A stretch of 64,000 bases of DNA from Candidatus Marinacidobacterium sp. (GTDB taxonomy: Bacteria > Acidobacteriota > Vicinamibacteria > Marinacidobacterales > Marinacidobacteraceae): positions 928,001 to 992,000 of the forward strand of contig OZ242011.1 of the NCBI GenBank assembly GCA_965204755.1, given 5' to 3'. The position numbers and the translations under genes are program-made. Shown here in pieces: positions 1 through 13,200 of the stretch. The first letter of the stretch is position 1. The number at the start of each line of letters is the position of its first letter. The notes below the pieces were generated by a model. It was not told the DNA's origin, ran no database searches, and saw nothing but the letters and a program-made list of their open reading frames with translations.

Positions 1-1220
1 GCCCGGAGAGGGCCACCCCGGCGACCTCCGGCCCCCGGACATCGAGCGCGCCCCCGTCCACCCGGAAGTCCGGGTCGGCGGCGGCCGCCGGGAGGGCGAG
101 CGCGGCGGCGTTCCCGGCGGCGTCGGCCATCGCCCCGCCGTTCAGGGAGAGCGCCGAGGCGGAGACGGCGATCCCGTCGGCGTCCCGGTCGCCCCGCGCC
201 ACCGCGTAGCGGAACACCAGGTCGGTCGTCCCGCCGCCGGAGGAGTAGTCCGCGTAGCGGAGGGCGCTGCCGATCGTGAGCGCGACCCGCGGCGTCCCGG
301 TAACCGCTACCGGCTCGTCGAAGGAGACGGTTACCGAGACGAGGTCGTCCTCGACGAAGACGCCGCCCGCGCCCTGCCCGGTCCCGGAGAGCGCGAGGCC
401 GGTTGCGGTCGGGCCGGCCCGGTCGGCGCCGGCGCCGTTCACGATGATCCCCCCGGAGGCGTGGCCCCATCTCGGCCCGCCGAGCGCGGCGGCGTTGCCG
501 GCGGCGTCCCGGATCGTCCCGCCGTTCAGCGTCAGCGCGGCCATGACGATCCCGTCGGCATCGAGGTCCCCCGACTGCACGGTGTAGGCGAACCGCAACT
601 CGGAGGTCCCGCTGCCGGAGACATAGGCCGCCTGCCGGGTGGCCGCGCCGATGGTGAGCGCCACCCGCGGGCTGCCGGTAACGGTTACCGGCTCGGTGAA
701 CGCGACCACCGGCGCGATCTCGTCGCCGGCGATGAAGGCGCGCGCGACTCCGCCCTGGGGCACCGCGCCCTGCCCGCTGGCGGCAACGACCAAATGGGAA
801 ATCGTCGGCGCGGCGGTGTCCGCCCTTCCGCCGTCCACCCGGAAGCCGGGCGGGGCGGCCGGCGGCGGGGTGGACGCCGCCGAGGGCCGGTTGCCGGAGC
901 GGTCGGTCACCGCCCACCCGCTCCCGCTCCAGGGGAAGGTGACCGTTACCGGCCCGCCGGGGTGGCGGTCGTCGGCGTGGACCGCGTAGCGGTAGCGCAG
1001 CGTCTTCGAGCCGGAACCGGAGTGGTAGAGCGCCTCCCGGACGGCGAAGGCGCGGGCCGGGAAGGCGAACCGGAAGGACGGCGTCCCGGCCCCGGCCACG
1101 GTTACCGGCTCGGAGAACTCCACCTCCCACTCGATCGTTTCCCCGGCGAGGAAGAGGCCGCCCGGCCCCCCGCCGCTCCCGACGGGGGTCGCCCGGACGA
1201 CCTCCGGCGGAACCAGGTCG
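1..1220 (-). CDS. Giant Ig-like repeat protein, third segment, open at the left window edge
   Basis: Manual translation after restoring one C at ~1221 gives DLVPPEVVRATPVGSGGGAGGLFLAGETIEWEVEFSEPVTV... and further repeats (RAFIAGDEIAPVVAFTEPVTVTGSPRVALTIG; FDEPVAVTGTPRVALTIGSALRYADYSSGGGTTDLVFRY) with no stop seen before base 1. Confidence 0.8.
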
Positions 1221-4200
1221 GGAGCGCGCCGTTGACCCGGAGGCGGGGGTCGTCGGTGAAGGCGTAGGCGCGAAGATTCCAATCCGGCCCACGAATCTGG
1301 ATGCCGTCCAGAATCCTCTCGCCCAGGCTGATCCCGTTCAGGTCGCGGTCCGCGGCGACCACGGTGTAGCGGAAGACCAGCGAGGAGGTCCCGCTCCCGG
1401 AGGCGTAGTCCGCATGCCGGGTGGCGCTGCCGATCGTGAGCGGCACCTGCGGCGTCCCCCCGGTAACTTCTACTGCGCGGTTATAGGTAATGGTTACCTC
1501 GAGCGCATCCCCGGCGGTATAGAACCCGCCGGCGCCCTGCGGCGCGCCGGTGACGGAGACCCCGGTCATCAGGTAACTGCCGGCGCCGTACACCAGGAAG
1601 TTGCTGTCGTTGTAAATCCGATAGTCCGTCTCCGGTTGGTGATCGGGATGCCATCGGTTGCCGGCGCTGTCCCTGGGCGCTGCGTACGCCGCAACCAACG
1701 ACGTTAGGGAGAGCCCGTCTGCGTCGTAATGGCCGTATCCCACCGTATATCGGTACACCAAGGAAGTCGTCCCGCTTCCCGACAGGTACGGCGCACCCAA
1801 AGTTCGGGAGCCGGCGATAACGACGACATCGGTCGTTGACGAAACGGTTACCGCTTCGTTGAATTCGATCGTGATGTCGATCGTGTCGCCGACTCCGAAA
1901 GCACCGACCGCGAGCGATCCGGCGCCCGAGAAAGTTGTCCCGGTAACTCGCGGCGGCGCCGCGTCCGCGGCCGCCGCGTTCACCGGAACGCGGCCGTCGT
2001 TCGCGATCGCGTGGGTTCCGAGGCCGAGCGCGGCGTCCCGGTTCGCGCCGTCCCGGATCGTCCCGCCGTTCAGCGTGAGCGCCGCCGCGGAGACGCCGAT
2101 CCCGTTCGCGTCGGCGTCGCCGCTCGCCACGATGTAACGGAAGAGCAGCGTACGCGCGCCGCTGCCCGAGGCGTAGTTCGCCTGCCGGGTGGCGGTACCG
2201 ATGGTGAGCGCCAACCGGGGGGTCCCGGTAACCGTTACCGGCTCGTTGAAGGTAACCGCCGCTTCGATCGCGTCGCCGGCGCGGAACACGCCGCGCGCAC
2301 CCTGCGGGTTGCCGGAGAGGATGAGCCCGGTAACCGTCGGCGCGTCCCCGTCGGTTCCGCCGCCGTCCACCGGATGGTCACCGTCGGTGATGGCGTGGTC
2401 TCCCAGACCGAGGGCGGCGGCCTGGCCCGAGGCGTCCGCGACGGTCCCGCCGTTCAGGGAAAGGGCCGAAGCGCCGATACCCAACCCGTTCGCGTCGGCG
2501 TCCGTCGAGAACACGGTGTAACGGAAGACCAGCGAGGGCGTGCCGCTGCCGAGCGCGTAGTTCGCGTAGCGGGTGGCGCCGCCGATGTCGAGCGCCAACT
2601 GCGGGGTCCCGGTAACGGTTACCGCTTCGTGGAACTCGACGGTTACCTCGATCACATCGTCGAGGATGAAGGTCCCGTTCGCGCCGCGCGCCGTTCCGCC
2701 GACGCTTACCCCGGTTACCGCGGGGACGACCCCGTCCGCCGCGCCGCCGTCCACGATGAAGTCGCCGTCGTCGACGATGGAGTTCGTCCTTCCCAGGGTG
2801 AGCGCCGCCTGGTTGCCCGCGGCGTCCACGATCCGGGCGGTCGCGACCAGGTTCCCGAGACCGCCGGGGTTCACGGAGACCCCGTCCGCGTCGCGGTCGC
2901 CCGCCCCGACCCGGTAGCGGAAGACCAGCGAAGCGGTCCCGCTGCCGGAGGCGTAGGCCGCCCGCCGGGTATCGCTGCTGCGGGGCCCGACCTGGAGCAC
3001 GACCTGCGGCCCGGCCCCGGCGACGAGCACCGCTTCGCTGTACTCCACCGTTACGAAGATCACATCGCCGGCGACGAAGACGCCGCCCGGGCCCTGCCCG
3101 GTTCCGGAGAGCGATATCCCGACCACCGTCGGCGCGACCGAGTCCGCCACCGCGCCGTCCACCACGAAGCGGCGGTCGTCGGTGATCGCGTGGGCGCCGA
3201 GGGAGAGCGCCGCGGCGTGGCCGGCGGCGTCGGCGATCGTCCCGCCGGCCAGCGCCAGCGCCGAGGCGGCGACGCCGAGGCCGCTCGGGGCGGCGTCGCC
3301 GGCGGCGACGGTGTAGCGGAAGACCGGCGAGCGCGTCCCGCCGCCGGAGACATACCCCGCGTGGCGGGTGGCCGTCCCGACGGTCAGCGCCAACCGGGGA
3401 CTCCCGGTAACGGTTACCGGTTCGCTGAACTCCACGGCGGCGAAGATCTCGTCACCGGCGACGAAGACGCCGTTCGCGCCGTTCGCGCGGCCCGAGAGCG
3501 CGACGCCGGTAACCACCGGCCCGACGGCGTCGGCGGCGGCGCCGTCGACCCGGAAGTCGGCGTCGTTCGCGATCTCGCGGGTTCCGAGGGGGAGATTCGC
3601 GGCGCGGTTCGCGGCGTCGGCGATCTTCCCGCCGTTCAGGTCGAGCGCGGAAGCGCCGACGGAGACCCCGTCCGCGTCCCGGTCGGCGCGGGCCACCGTG
3701 TAGCGGAAGACCGGCGAAGTCGTCCCGCCGCCGGAGACATACGCGGCGTAGCGGGTGGCCGCGCCGACGGTGAGCGCGACCCGCGGCGTCCCGGTAACGG
3801 TTACCGGCTCGTCGAAGACCACCGTTACCTCGAGCCGGTCGCCGGCGATGAAGACGCCGTTCGCGCCGTTCGCCGCGCCGGAGAGCCGGACGCCGACCAC
3901 CGACGGGGCGCGGGTGTCGGCCCCGGCGCCGTCCACCACGAAGGCGGCGTCGGCGGCGACGGCGTGCTCACCGAGGTCGAGCGCGGCGGCGTTCCCGGCG
4001 GCGTCGGCGATCGTCCCGCCGGCCGGCGTCAGCGCGGAGGCCGGGACCTCGATCCCGGCCGGGGCTTCGTCCCCCCGGACGACGGCGTAGCGGAAGCGCA
4101 GCGAGTCCGTCCCGCTGCCGGAGACATACGCCGCCCGGCGGGTGTCCTCGCCGACCACCAGCGCCAACCGCGGCGTCCCGGTAACGGTTACCGGCTCGGT

Positions 4201-7200
4201 GAACTCCACCACCGCCTCGATCCGGTCGCCGGCGAGGAAGGCGCCGCCGGCGCCCCGCCCGCTGCCGGAGAGCGCCAGCCCGGCCACCGTCGGGCCGACG
4301 CCGTCGGCCAGGTTCGGCACCACGAAGTGGAGGCCGGGGACCGTCCCCAGGCCGAGCGCCGCGGCGTTCCCGTGGGCGTCGGCGATCGTCCCGCCGTTCA
4401 GCGAGAGCGCCGAGGCGCCGACGGTGAAGCCGGCCTGGGTGTCCCCGGCCAGCACCTCGTAGCGGAATTCCAGGGAGGCGGTCCCGCTGCCGGAGACATA
4501 CCCGGCCAGGGTGTCGCCGCCGAAGCCGAGGTCCACCTGCGGGGTCCCGGACACCGTTACCGGCTCGCTGAAGGTGACGGTTACCACGATCTCGTCGCCG
4601 GCGATGAAGACCGGCCCGGTCGCCCGGACGCCCTGCTTGTCGCCGGAGACGACCACGCCGGTGACCGTCGGCGCGACGGCGTCCGCCGCGTCCCCGTCCA
4701 CCTCGAAGTCGTCGTCGTTCGTTACCGCGTGGGCGCCGAGGTCGAGGGAGGCGGCGTTCGGCGTCGGGGTCGCCCGGTCGCGGATCGTCCCGCCGTTCAG
4801 CCCGAGCGCCGAGGCGGCGATCGTGATCCCGTCCGCGTCGGCGTCGGCGCGGACGACGGTGTAGCGGAAGACCAGCGAAGCGGTCCCGCTGCCGGAGGCG
4901 TAGGCGGCGGGGCGGGCGGCGGCCCCGACGGTGAGCGCGAGTTGCGGCGCCCCGGTAACCGTTACCGGTTCGTGGAACGAGACGGTCGCCCGGATCACAT
5001 CGCCGGCGACGAAGACCCCGTCCGCGCCCTGGCCGGTTCCGGAGAGGGACACGCCGGTAACCGTCGGCCCGGTGGCGTCCGCCCCCGCGCCGTTCACCGG
5101 GAAGTCGCCGTCGCTCGCCACCGCGTGGGCGCCGAGGCCGAGCGCGGCGGCGTTGCCGGCGGCGTCGGCGATGCTCCCGCCGTTCAGCGCCAGCGCCGAA
5201 GCGCCGACGGAGACCCCGTCCCGGTCGAAGTCGGCGGCGGCCACGGCGTAGCGGAAGGCGAGCGCGGTCGTCCCGCTCCCGGAGGCGTAGTCCGCCTGCC
5301 GGGTGGCGGCGCCGACGGCGAGCGCCACCCGCGGGGTCCCGGTAACCGTTACCGCTTCGTCGAATTCCACGGTTACGACCAGGGCGTCGCCGGCGACGAA
5401 GAGGCCCCCGGCGCCCCCGCCGGCGCCGCGGAACGGGAGGACGCCCTGCGCCCGCCCGGAGAGGGTCACGCCGACCACCGCCGGCGCCCGGGAGTCGGGG
5501 AAGGCGCCGGCCACCCGGAAGGCGGCGGCGTTCGCCACCGCGTGCGTCCCGAGGCCGAGCGCGGCGGCGTTCCCGGCGGCGTCGGCGATGCTCCCCTCGT
5601 TCAGCGTCAGCGCGGAGGCGGCGACGCCGATCCCGTCGGCGTCGCTGTCCGGGGCGGTCCCGCCGACCACGGTGTAGCGGAAGACCAGGGCGCTCGTCCC
5701 GCTGCCGGAGGCGTAGTCCGCCTGCCGGGTGAAGGTCCCGACCGTGAGCGCCAGCCGCGGGGTCCCGGTAACGGTTACCGGCTCGCTGAAGGAGACCGCC
5801 GCCTCGATCGCGTCGCCCTCGCGGTAGGCGCCGCCGTCGCCCTGCGGGCGGCCGGAGAGGGCCAGCCCGGTAACCGTCGGGGCCACGGCGTCGGTCCCGG
5901 CGCCGGTCACCACCGGCCCGCCGGAGGCGACCGCGTGGGCGCCGAGGCCGATCCCGGCGTCGTTCCCCGCCCGGTCCCGGATCCTCCCGCCGTTCAGCGC
6001 CAGCGCCGAAGCGCCGACGGTGATCCCGTCCGGGGCGGCGTCCCCGGCGGCCACGGCGTAGCGGAAGAGGAGCGACCGCGTCCCGCTGCCGGAGGCGTAG
6101 TCCGCCTGCCGGGCGGCGGCGCCGACGGCGAGGGCCAGCCGCGGCGTCCCGGTAACCGTTACCGGTTCGTGGAACTCCACGGTTACCTCGATCCGGTCGC
6201 CGGCGATGAAGACCCCGTTCGCGCCGCTCGCCGCCCCGGCGACCCGGACCCCGGTAACCGTCGGGGCGACCGCGTCGGGGGCGCTCCCGCGCACCGGGAA
6301 CCGGGGGTCGTTCGCCGCGGCGTGGGCCCCGAGGTCGAGCGCCGCGGGGTTCGGCGGCGCGGCGCCGTCGGTGATCTTCCCGCCGGCGAGGGAGAGCGCG
6401 GAGACCCCGACCCCGTCGGCGTCGGCGTCGCCCCGCGCCACCCGGTAGCGGAAGGTCAGCGCCGTCGTCCCGCCGCCGGAGACATACGCCGCCGACCGGG
6501 AGGCGCGGCCGACCGCCAGCGCCACCCGGGGCGTCCCGGTAACCGTTACCGCTTCGTGGAACTCCACGGTTACCGCGATCCCGTCCCCGGCGATGAAGAC
6601 GCCCCGCGCGCCGTTCGGCGTCCCCGAGAGCGAGACGCCGGTAACCGTCGGGCCCTGCTTGTCCACCGAGTTGCCGAGCACCCGGGAGTCGCCGTCGTTC
6701 GTTACCGCATGCGCCCCGAGGCCGAGCGCGGCGGCGTTGCCGGCGCGGTCGGCGATCGTCCCGTCGTTCAGCGCGAGCGCCGAGGCGGCGACGGAGAGCC
6801 CGTCGGCGTCGCTGTCCGGGTCGGTCCCGCCGGCCACGGTGTAGCGGAAGACCAGGGCGCCCGTCCCGCTGCCGGAGGCGTAGTCCGCCTGGCGGGTGTT
6901 CGCGCCGACGGTGAGCGCCAACCGCGGCGTCCCGGTAACGGTTACCGGCTCGCTGAACTCGACGGTTACCTCGATCCGGTCGCCGCCGGCGAAGTGGGCG
7001 CCGCCGGCGTCCGAGCCCTGCCGGACGCCGCCGACGGCGAGCCCGGTAACCGTCGGCGCGGCGGCGTCCGCCCCGTCCCCGTCCACCGCCGGGCCGCCGG
7101 CGGTTACGGCGTGGGCGCCCAGCCCGAGCGCCGCGTCGTTCCCCGCGTCGTCCCGGATCGTCCCGCCGTTCAGCGCGAGGGCCGAAGCGAGCACGGTGAG

Positions 7201-10200
7201 CCCGTCCGGGTCCTCGTCCGCCGCCGCCGCGGCGTAGCGGAAGCGGAGCGAAGCCGTCCCGCTCCCGGAGGCGTAGGCCGCCGGGCGGGTGTTCGCGCCG
7301 ACTTCGAGCGCGACCTGCGGCGCGCCGGTAACCGTCACCCGCTCGTCGAAGGCCACCGCCACCTCGATCGCGTCGCCGGCGATGAAGACGCCGTTCGCGC
7401 CGGAGGCGCCGCCGGAGACGGTGAGCCCGGTTACCGCCGGCCCCCGGCGGTCGGCGGCGGCGCCGTTCACCCGGAAGCCGGCGGCGTTCGCCACCGCGTG
7501 GGCGCCGAGCGAGAGCGAGGCGGCGTTCCCGGCGGCGTCCCGGATCGTCACGCCGGCCGGCAGGGTGAGCGCCGAGGCCGGGACGCCGATCCCGTCGGCG
7601 TCCCGGTCCCCGGCGGCGACGGCGTAGCGGAAGGTGAGCCGCTTCGTCCCGCTGCCGGAGGCGCGGTAGTCCGCCCGGCGGGCGGCCGCGCCGACGGCGA
7701 GGGCCAACCGCGGGGTCCCGCCGGCGACCGTGACCTCCTCGTGGAACTCGACGGTTGCCTCGATGGCGTCGCCGGCGATGAACGCGCCGTCCGCCGCCTG
7801 CCCGGTCCCGGAGAGCGAGACGCCGGTAACCGCCGGGCCGAGGGTGTCGGGGGAGGCGCCCTGCACCCGGGCGCGGGTGTCTCCCGCCACCGCATGGCGC
7901 GAAAGGCCGAGCGCCGCCGGATTGTCCGCGAGGTCCCGGATGGAGCCGCCGTTCCGGGTGAGCGCCGAGGCGCCGATGCCGATCCCGTTCGCGGCGGCGT
8001 CGGCGGCGACCACGGCGTAGCGGAACTCCAGCGAGGAGGTCCCGCTGCCGCCCGCATACCGGGCTTGCCGGACGCCCGTGACGAGGGTGAGGGCGACCTG
8101 CGGTCTCCCGCTGACCACCACGACTTCGCTGAACGAGACGGTTACCGCGATCTCGTCGCCGGCGATGAATTCCGGGTTGCCGGACGCGCTCCCCTGCGGG
8201 CGGCCGGAGATGGCGAGCCCGGTTACCGTCGGGACGACCCGGTCGCGGGCGCTCCCGTCCACGACGAGGCCGCCGACGACGGCGCCGCCTTCGACCGCGT
8301 GGGCGCCGAGGCCGAGGGAGGCGTCGTTGCCCGAGGAGTCCTCGATGCTCCCGCCGTTCAGCGAAAGCGCCGAGGCCGGGACGGAGACCCCGTCGTCGTC
8401 CCGGTCGTCCGCGGCGACCGCGTAGCGGAAGACCAGCGAAGTCGTCCCGCTCCCGGACTCGTAGGCGGCTTGGCGGGTGTTCGCGCCGACGGCGAGCGCC
8501 AGGCGCGGCGCCCCGGTAACCGCCGCCGGCTCGTCGAACTCCACCGTCGCCTCGATCCGGTCCCCGGCCAGGAAGACGCCGCCGGCGCCCCGGCCGTTTC
8601 CGGAGAGCGCGAGGCCGACCACCGCCGGCCCCCGGCGGTCGGCGGCGGCGCTGTCCACCCGGAAGCCGGCGGCGTCCTCGACGGCGCCGCTCCCCAGGGC
8701 CAGCGCGGCGGCGTTCGTCCCGTCGCCGATCGACCCGCCGTTCAGGGCCAGCGCCGAGGCGCCGACGCTGACCCCGTTCCGGTCGTAGTCCTCCCGGACG
8801 ACGGCGTAGCGGAAGACCAGCGACCTCGTCCCGCTCCCGGAGGCGTAGGCGGCGTAGCGGGTGGCCCGCCCCACGCCGAGGGCCAGCCGCGGGGTCCCGG
8901 TGACGGTTACCGGCTCGGTGAACTCCACGGTCGCCGCGATCGCGTCGCCGGCGATGAACACCCCGCCGGCCCCGTCGGCCCGGCCGGAGAGCGCGAGCCC
9001 GGAGACCGCCGGCGCCACCGAGTCGGCGGCCGACCCGTCCACCCGGAAGCGGCGGTCGTTGTCCACGGCGGCGCCGGGCGGCAGGGGGAGCCGGGCGTTG
9101 TGGGTGACCCGGTCGGTGATCGTCCCGTCGTCCAGGTTGAGCGCGCCGCCGCCGATGGTGACCCCGTCCGGGTCCCGGTCGCCGGCGGCCACGGTGTAGC
9201 GGAAGACCAGCGAAGTCGTCCCGCTGCCGCGCACATAGGGCGCCTGCCGGATCTCCCCGAGGGTGAGGAAGAAGGCCAGCCGGGGCGTCCCGGTAACCAG
9301 TACCGCTTCGCTGAACTCCACCGTGGCCTCGATCGCGTCGCCGGTCGTGTGGACGCCGCCGGCGCCCTGCGGCGCCGGGGCGAGACTCGCCAGGGTGAGC
9401 CCGGTAACCGTCGGCGCCACCGTGTCCCGGGCGCCCCCGTCCACCGCCGGGCCCTCGCCGTCGGCGACCGCGTGGGCGCCGAGGCCGAGGAGGGCGTCGT
9501 TCCCCGCGCCGTCCTTCAGGGTCCCGCCGTTCAGCGAGAGCGCCCCGGCGCCGACGGCGAGGCCGTCCCGGTCCCGGTCCGCCGCCCCGACGGCGTAGCG
9601 GAAGAGGAGCGAGGAGGTCCCGCTGCCGGAGACATACCCGGCCTGCCGCGTGTCCGCGCCGATGGTCAGGGCGGCCTGCGGCGTCCCGGTAACCGTTACC
9701 GGCTGGTCGAAGTCCACGGTCGCCTCGATCTCGTCGCCGGCGAGGAAGACCCCGCCCGCGCCGTGCGCCCGCCCGCCGACCGTTACCCCGGCCACCGTCG
9801 GCGCCAAGGTGTCCGGGTCGCTGCCCTTCACGACGAAGCCGGCGGCGTTTTCGACGGCGTGGGATCCGAGCGCGAGGGCGGCGGCGTTGCCGGCGGCGTC
9901 GGCGATCGTCCCGCCGTTCAGGGCGAGGGCCGAGGCGCCGATCGAGGGCCCGTCGGGGTCGGCGTCGGCGCGGACCACTTCGTAGCGGAAGACCGGCGAG
10001 TCCGTCCCGCTGCCGGAGGCGTAGGCCGCGTGGCGGGTGTTCGCGCCGACCCCGAGCGCCACCCGCGGCGTCCCGGTAACCGTTACCGGCTCGTCGAAGG
10101 CCACGGTTACCTCGAGGGCGTCGCCGGCGATGTACTTCCCGTTCGCGCCCTGCGCCCCCGGCGCCCCGCCGGCGAGGGTGAGCCCGATCACCGCCGGGCG

Positions 10201-13200
10201 GCGGGAGTCGCCCTGGCCGCCGAGCACCACCGTGCCCCGGAGGTCGGAGACGGCATGCGCCCCGAGGTCGAGGTTCGCGGCGTTCCCCGCGGCGTCCGCC
10301 AGCGTCCCGCCGTTCAGCGAGAGCGCCGAGGCGCCGACGCCGACCCCGTTGCCGTCGCTGTCGGAGGCGGCCACGGTGTAGCGGAACTCCAGGGAGGAGG
10401 TCCCGCTGCCGGAGACATACGCCGCCTGGCGGGTGGAAGCGCCGACGGTGAGGGCGGCCTGCGGGGTCCCGGTAACCGTTACCGCTTCGTTGAAGGCGAT
10501 CGTTACGACGATCCGGTCGCCGGCGGTGAAGACCGGGACCCCGGAGGAGACCGCCTGCCGGTCGCCGGAGACGGCGACCCCGGTAACCACCGGGCCGGCG
10601 GCGTCGGCGCCGCCGCCGTCCACCGCCGGGCCGCCGGCGGTTACCGCGTGGGGCCCGAGGTCGAGCGCGGCGTCGTTCCCCGCCCCGTCCCGGATCGTCC
10701 CGCCGGCCAGGGCGAGCGCCGAGGCGGCGACGGTGACCCCGTCCGCGTCCTCGTCGGCGGCGGCGACGAGGTAGCGGAAGAGGAGCGAGGAGGTCCCGCC
10801 GCCGGAGGACTCGTAGTCGGCGTAGCGGGTGGCGGCGCCCACCGAGAGCGCGAGGCGCGGGGTCCCGGTAACCGTTACCGCTTCCCGGAAGTCCACGGTC
10901 GCTTCGAGGATGTCCCCGGCGATGAACGCCCCGTTCGCGCCGTTCGCGAGGCCGGAGAGCGCGAGCCCGGTCACCGGCGGCGCCAGCACATCGGCGCCGC
11001 CGCCGTTCACGACGAGGCCGCCGTCGGTGATGGCGTGGGCGCCGAGGCCGACCGCCGCGTTGTTCCCGGCGGCGTCGGCGATCGAAGCGGCGGTGATCGC
11101 CGTGGCGCTGATCCCGTCCGCGTCGGCGTCGGCGGCCACGACGGTGTAGCGGAAGACCAGCGAAGTCGTCCCGCTCCCGGAGGCGTAGTCCGCCGGCCGG
11201 CTGGCCGCCCCCACCGTCAGGACCACCCTCGCCTGCCCGGTAACCGTTACCGCCTCGTCGAACTCGACGGTCGCCTCGATCAGGTCCCCGGCGACGAACA
11301 CGCCGTTCGCGCCCTGCCCGATCCCGCCTAGGGTCAGCCCGGCAACCGCCGGCGCCCGGACATCGGCGGCGGCGCCGTTGACGATGATGGCGGGGATCGG
11401 CCCCGAGACCCCGGGGGCCAAGGCGGGGACATCGTGGCCGCCGCGGTCCCGGATCGTCGCCGAACCCGGGTCCCACGAATGGGCGCTGACCCCGTCGGCG
11501 TCGGAGTCCCCCGCCTGCACGGTGTAGCGGAACAGCACCACCTCGCCGCCGGAACCCCCGGCGTAGTCGGCGTAGCGGGTCGCCGAACCGACGGTGAGCC
11601 GCACCCGCGGGCTTCCGGTTACGAAGACCGGCTCCGAGAACCGGTACCCGAAGGTGAACGAGTCCCCGGCGACATAGACGCCGCCCGCGCCGTTCGGCCG
11701 GCCCGACGCGCGCCAGTTGAAGCCTTGCGCTGAAATCGTGGGCGGCGTCGCGTCGGCCCCGCTCCCGTCCACCACGACCGCGGGGTGGTCGGTGATCGCG
11801 TGGCGGGAAAGGTCGAGCGAGGCGGCCCGGCCCCCGCCGTCGGTGATCGCCCCGCCGTCCAGGGTCAGCGCCGAGCCGCCGATGCTGATCCCGTCCGCGT
11901 CGGAGTCCTCCGCCCGTACGACATACGAGAAACGCAGCCACCGCCTGGTGGAATTGATCGCGGTCAGGGGCACCTGCCGGGTCGCGCTCCCGATGTCGAG
12001 GGCCAACTGCGGGGTCCCGGTAACCGTCACCGGTTCGTGGAACTCGAGGCGGACAGTGATGTCGTCCCCGGCGATGTAGGTCCCGTTCGCCCCCTGCGTG
12101 GTGTAGGGGTCCAAATGCAGGCTGACGACCGCCGGCCCCGCCGCGTCGGCGGCGGCGCCGTCCACCCGGAAGCCGGTCAGGTCGATCTCCGGGCTGCCGG
12201 TCGTGGAGACCCGGTTGCCGGCGGCGTCCGAGCCCCGCAGTCCGGAGAAATCGAACCGGATGGTCCCGCCGGTGTAGGCGTCGCCCGCGGCGACCGCGTA
12301 GCGGTAGCGGTACCGGTCCGTTGCCCGGCGGGGGGCCGTCCGATAGTCGAATGCCGCCGTCCGCGGAACCCCGTTGGGGAAGGCGAAGGTGAAACTCCCC
12401 TGGCCGAACCGGGGCAGGACCACCGGCTCCGAGAACCGCACCTCCCAGAAGATGAAGTCGCCGGCGGTGAAGACGCCGCCGGCGCCGTTGCCGAACCCGC
12501 CGGGGGTCACCGAGAGGATCGTCGGGGCCACCGTGTCGGAGAGCGACCCGTTCACCGGGAAGGCGGCGGCGGCGGTGAGCGCGTGGGTTCCCAGGCCGAG
12601 CGCGGCGGCGTTGCCGGCGGCGTCGGCGATCGACCCGCCGTTCAGGGTGAGCGCGGAAGCGCCGACGCCGATCCCGTCGGAGTCGGAGTCCCCCGACGCC
12701 ACGGCGTAGCGGAAGGTGAGCGAAGCGGTCCCGCTGCCGGAGACATAGGCCGCCTGGCGGGTGAGGGCGCCGACGGTGAGCGCCAACTGCGGGGTCCCGG
12801 TAACCGTTACCGGCTCGCTGAAGGCGACCGCGGCTTCGATCCGGTCGCCTTCCCGGTAGGCGCCGTCGGCGCCCTGCGGGGCGCTGCCGGAGAGGGTGAG
12901 CCCGGTTACCGTCGGCGCGGTCCCGTCCGTTCCGGCGCCGTTGACGACCAGGTCGCCGTCGGTGATCGCGTGGGCCCCGAGGCCGAGCGCGGCGGCGTTG
13001 CCCGTGCTGTCGGCGATCGACCCGCCGTTCAGCGCGAGCGCGGAAGCGCCGACGCCGATCCCGTTCGGGTCGGCGTCCCCGGCGGCGACGGTGTAGCGGA
13101 AGACCAGCGAACTCGTCCCGCTGCCCGAGGCGTAGGCGGCCCGGCGGGCGGCGCTCCCGACCGCGAGGGCCAGCCGGGGCGTCCCGGTAACCGTCGCCGC

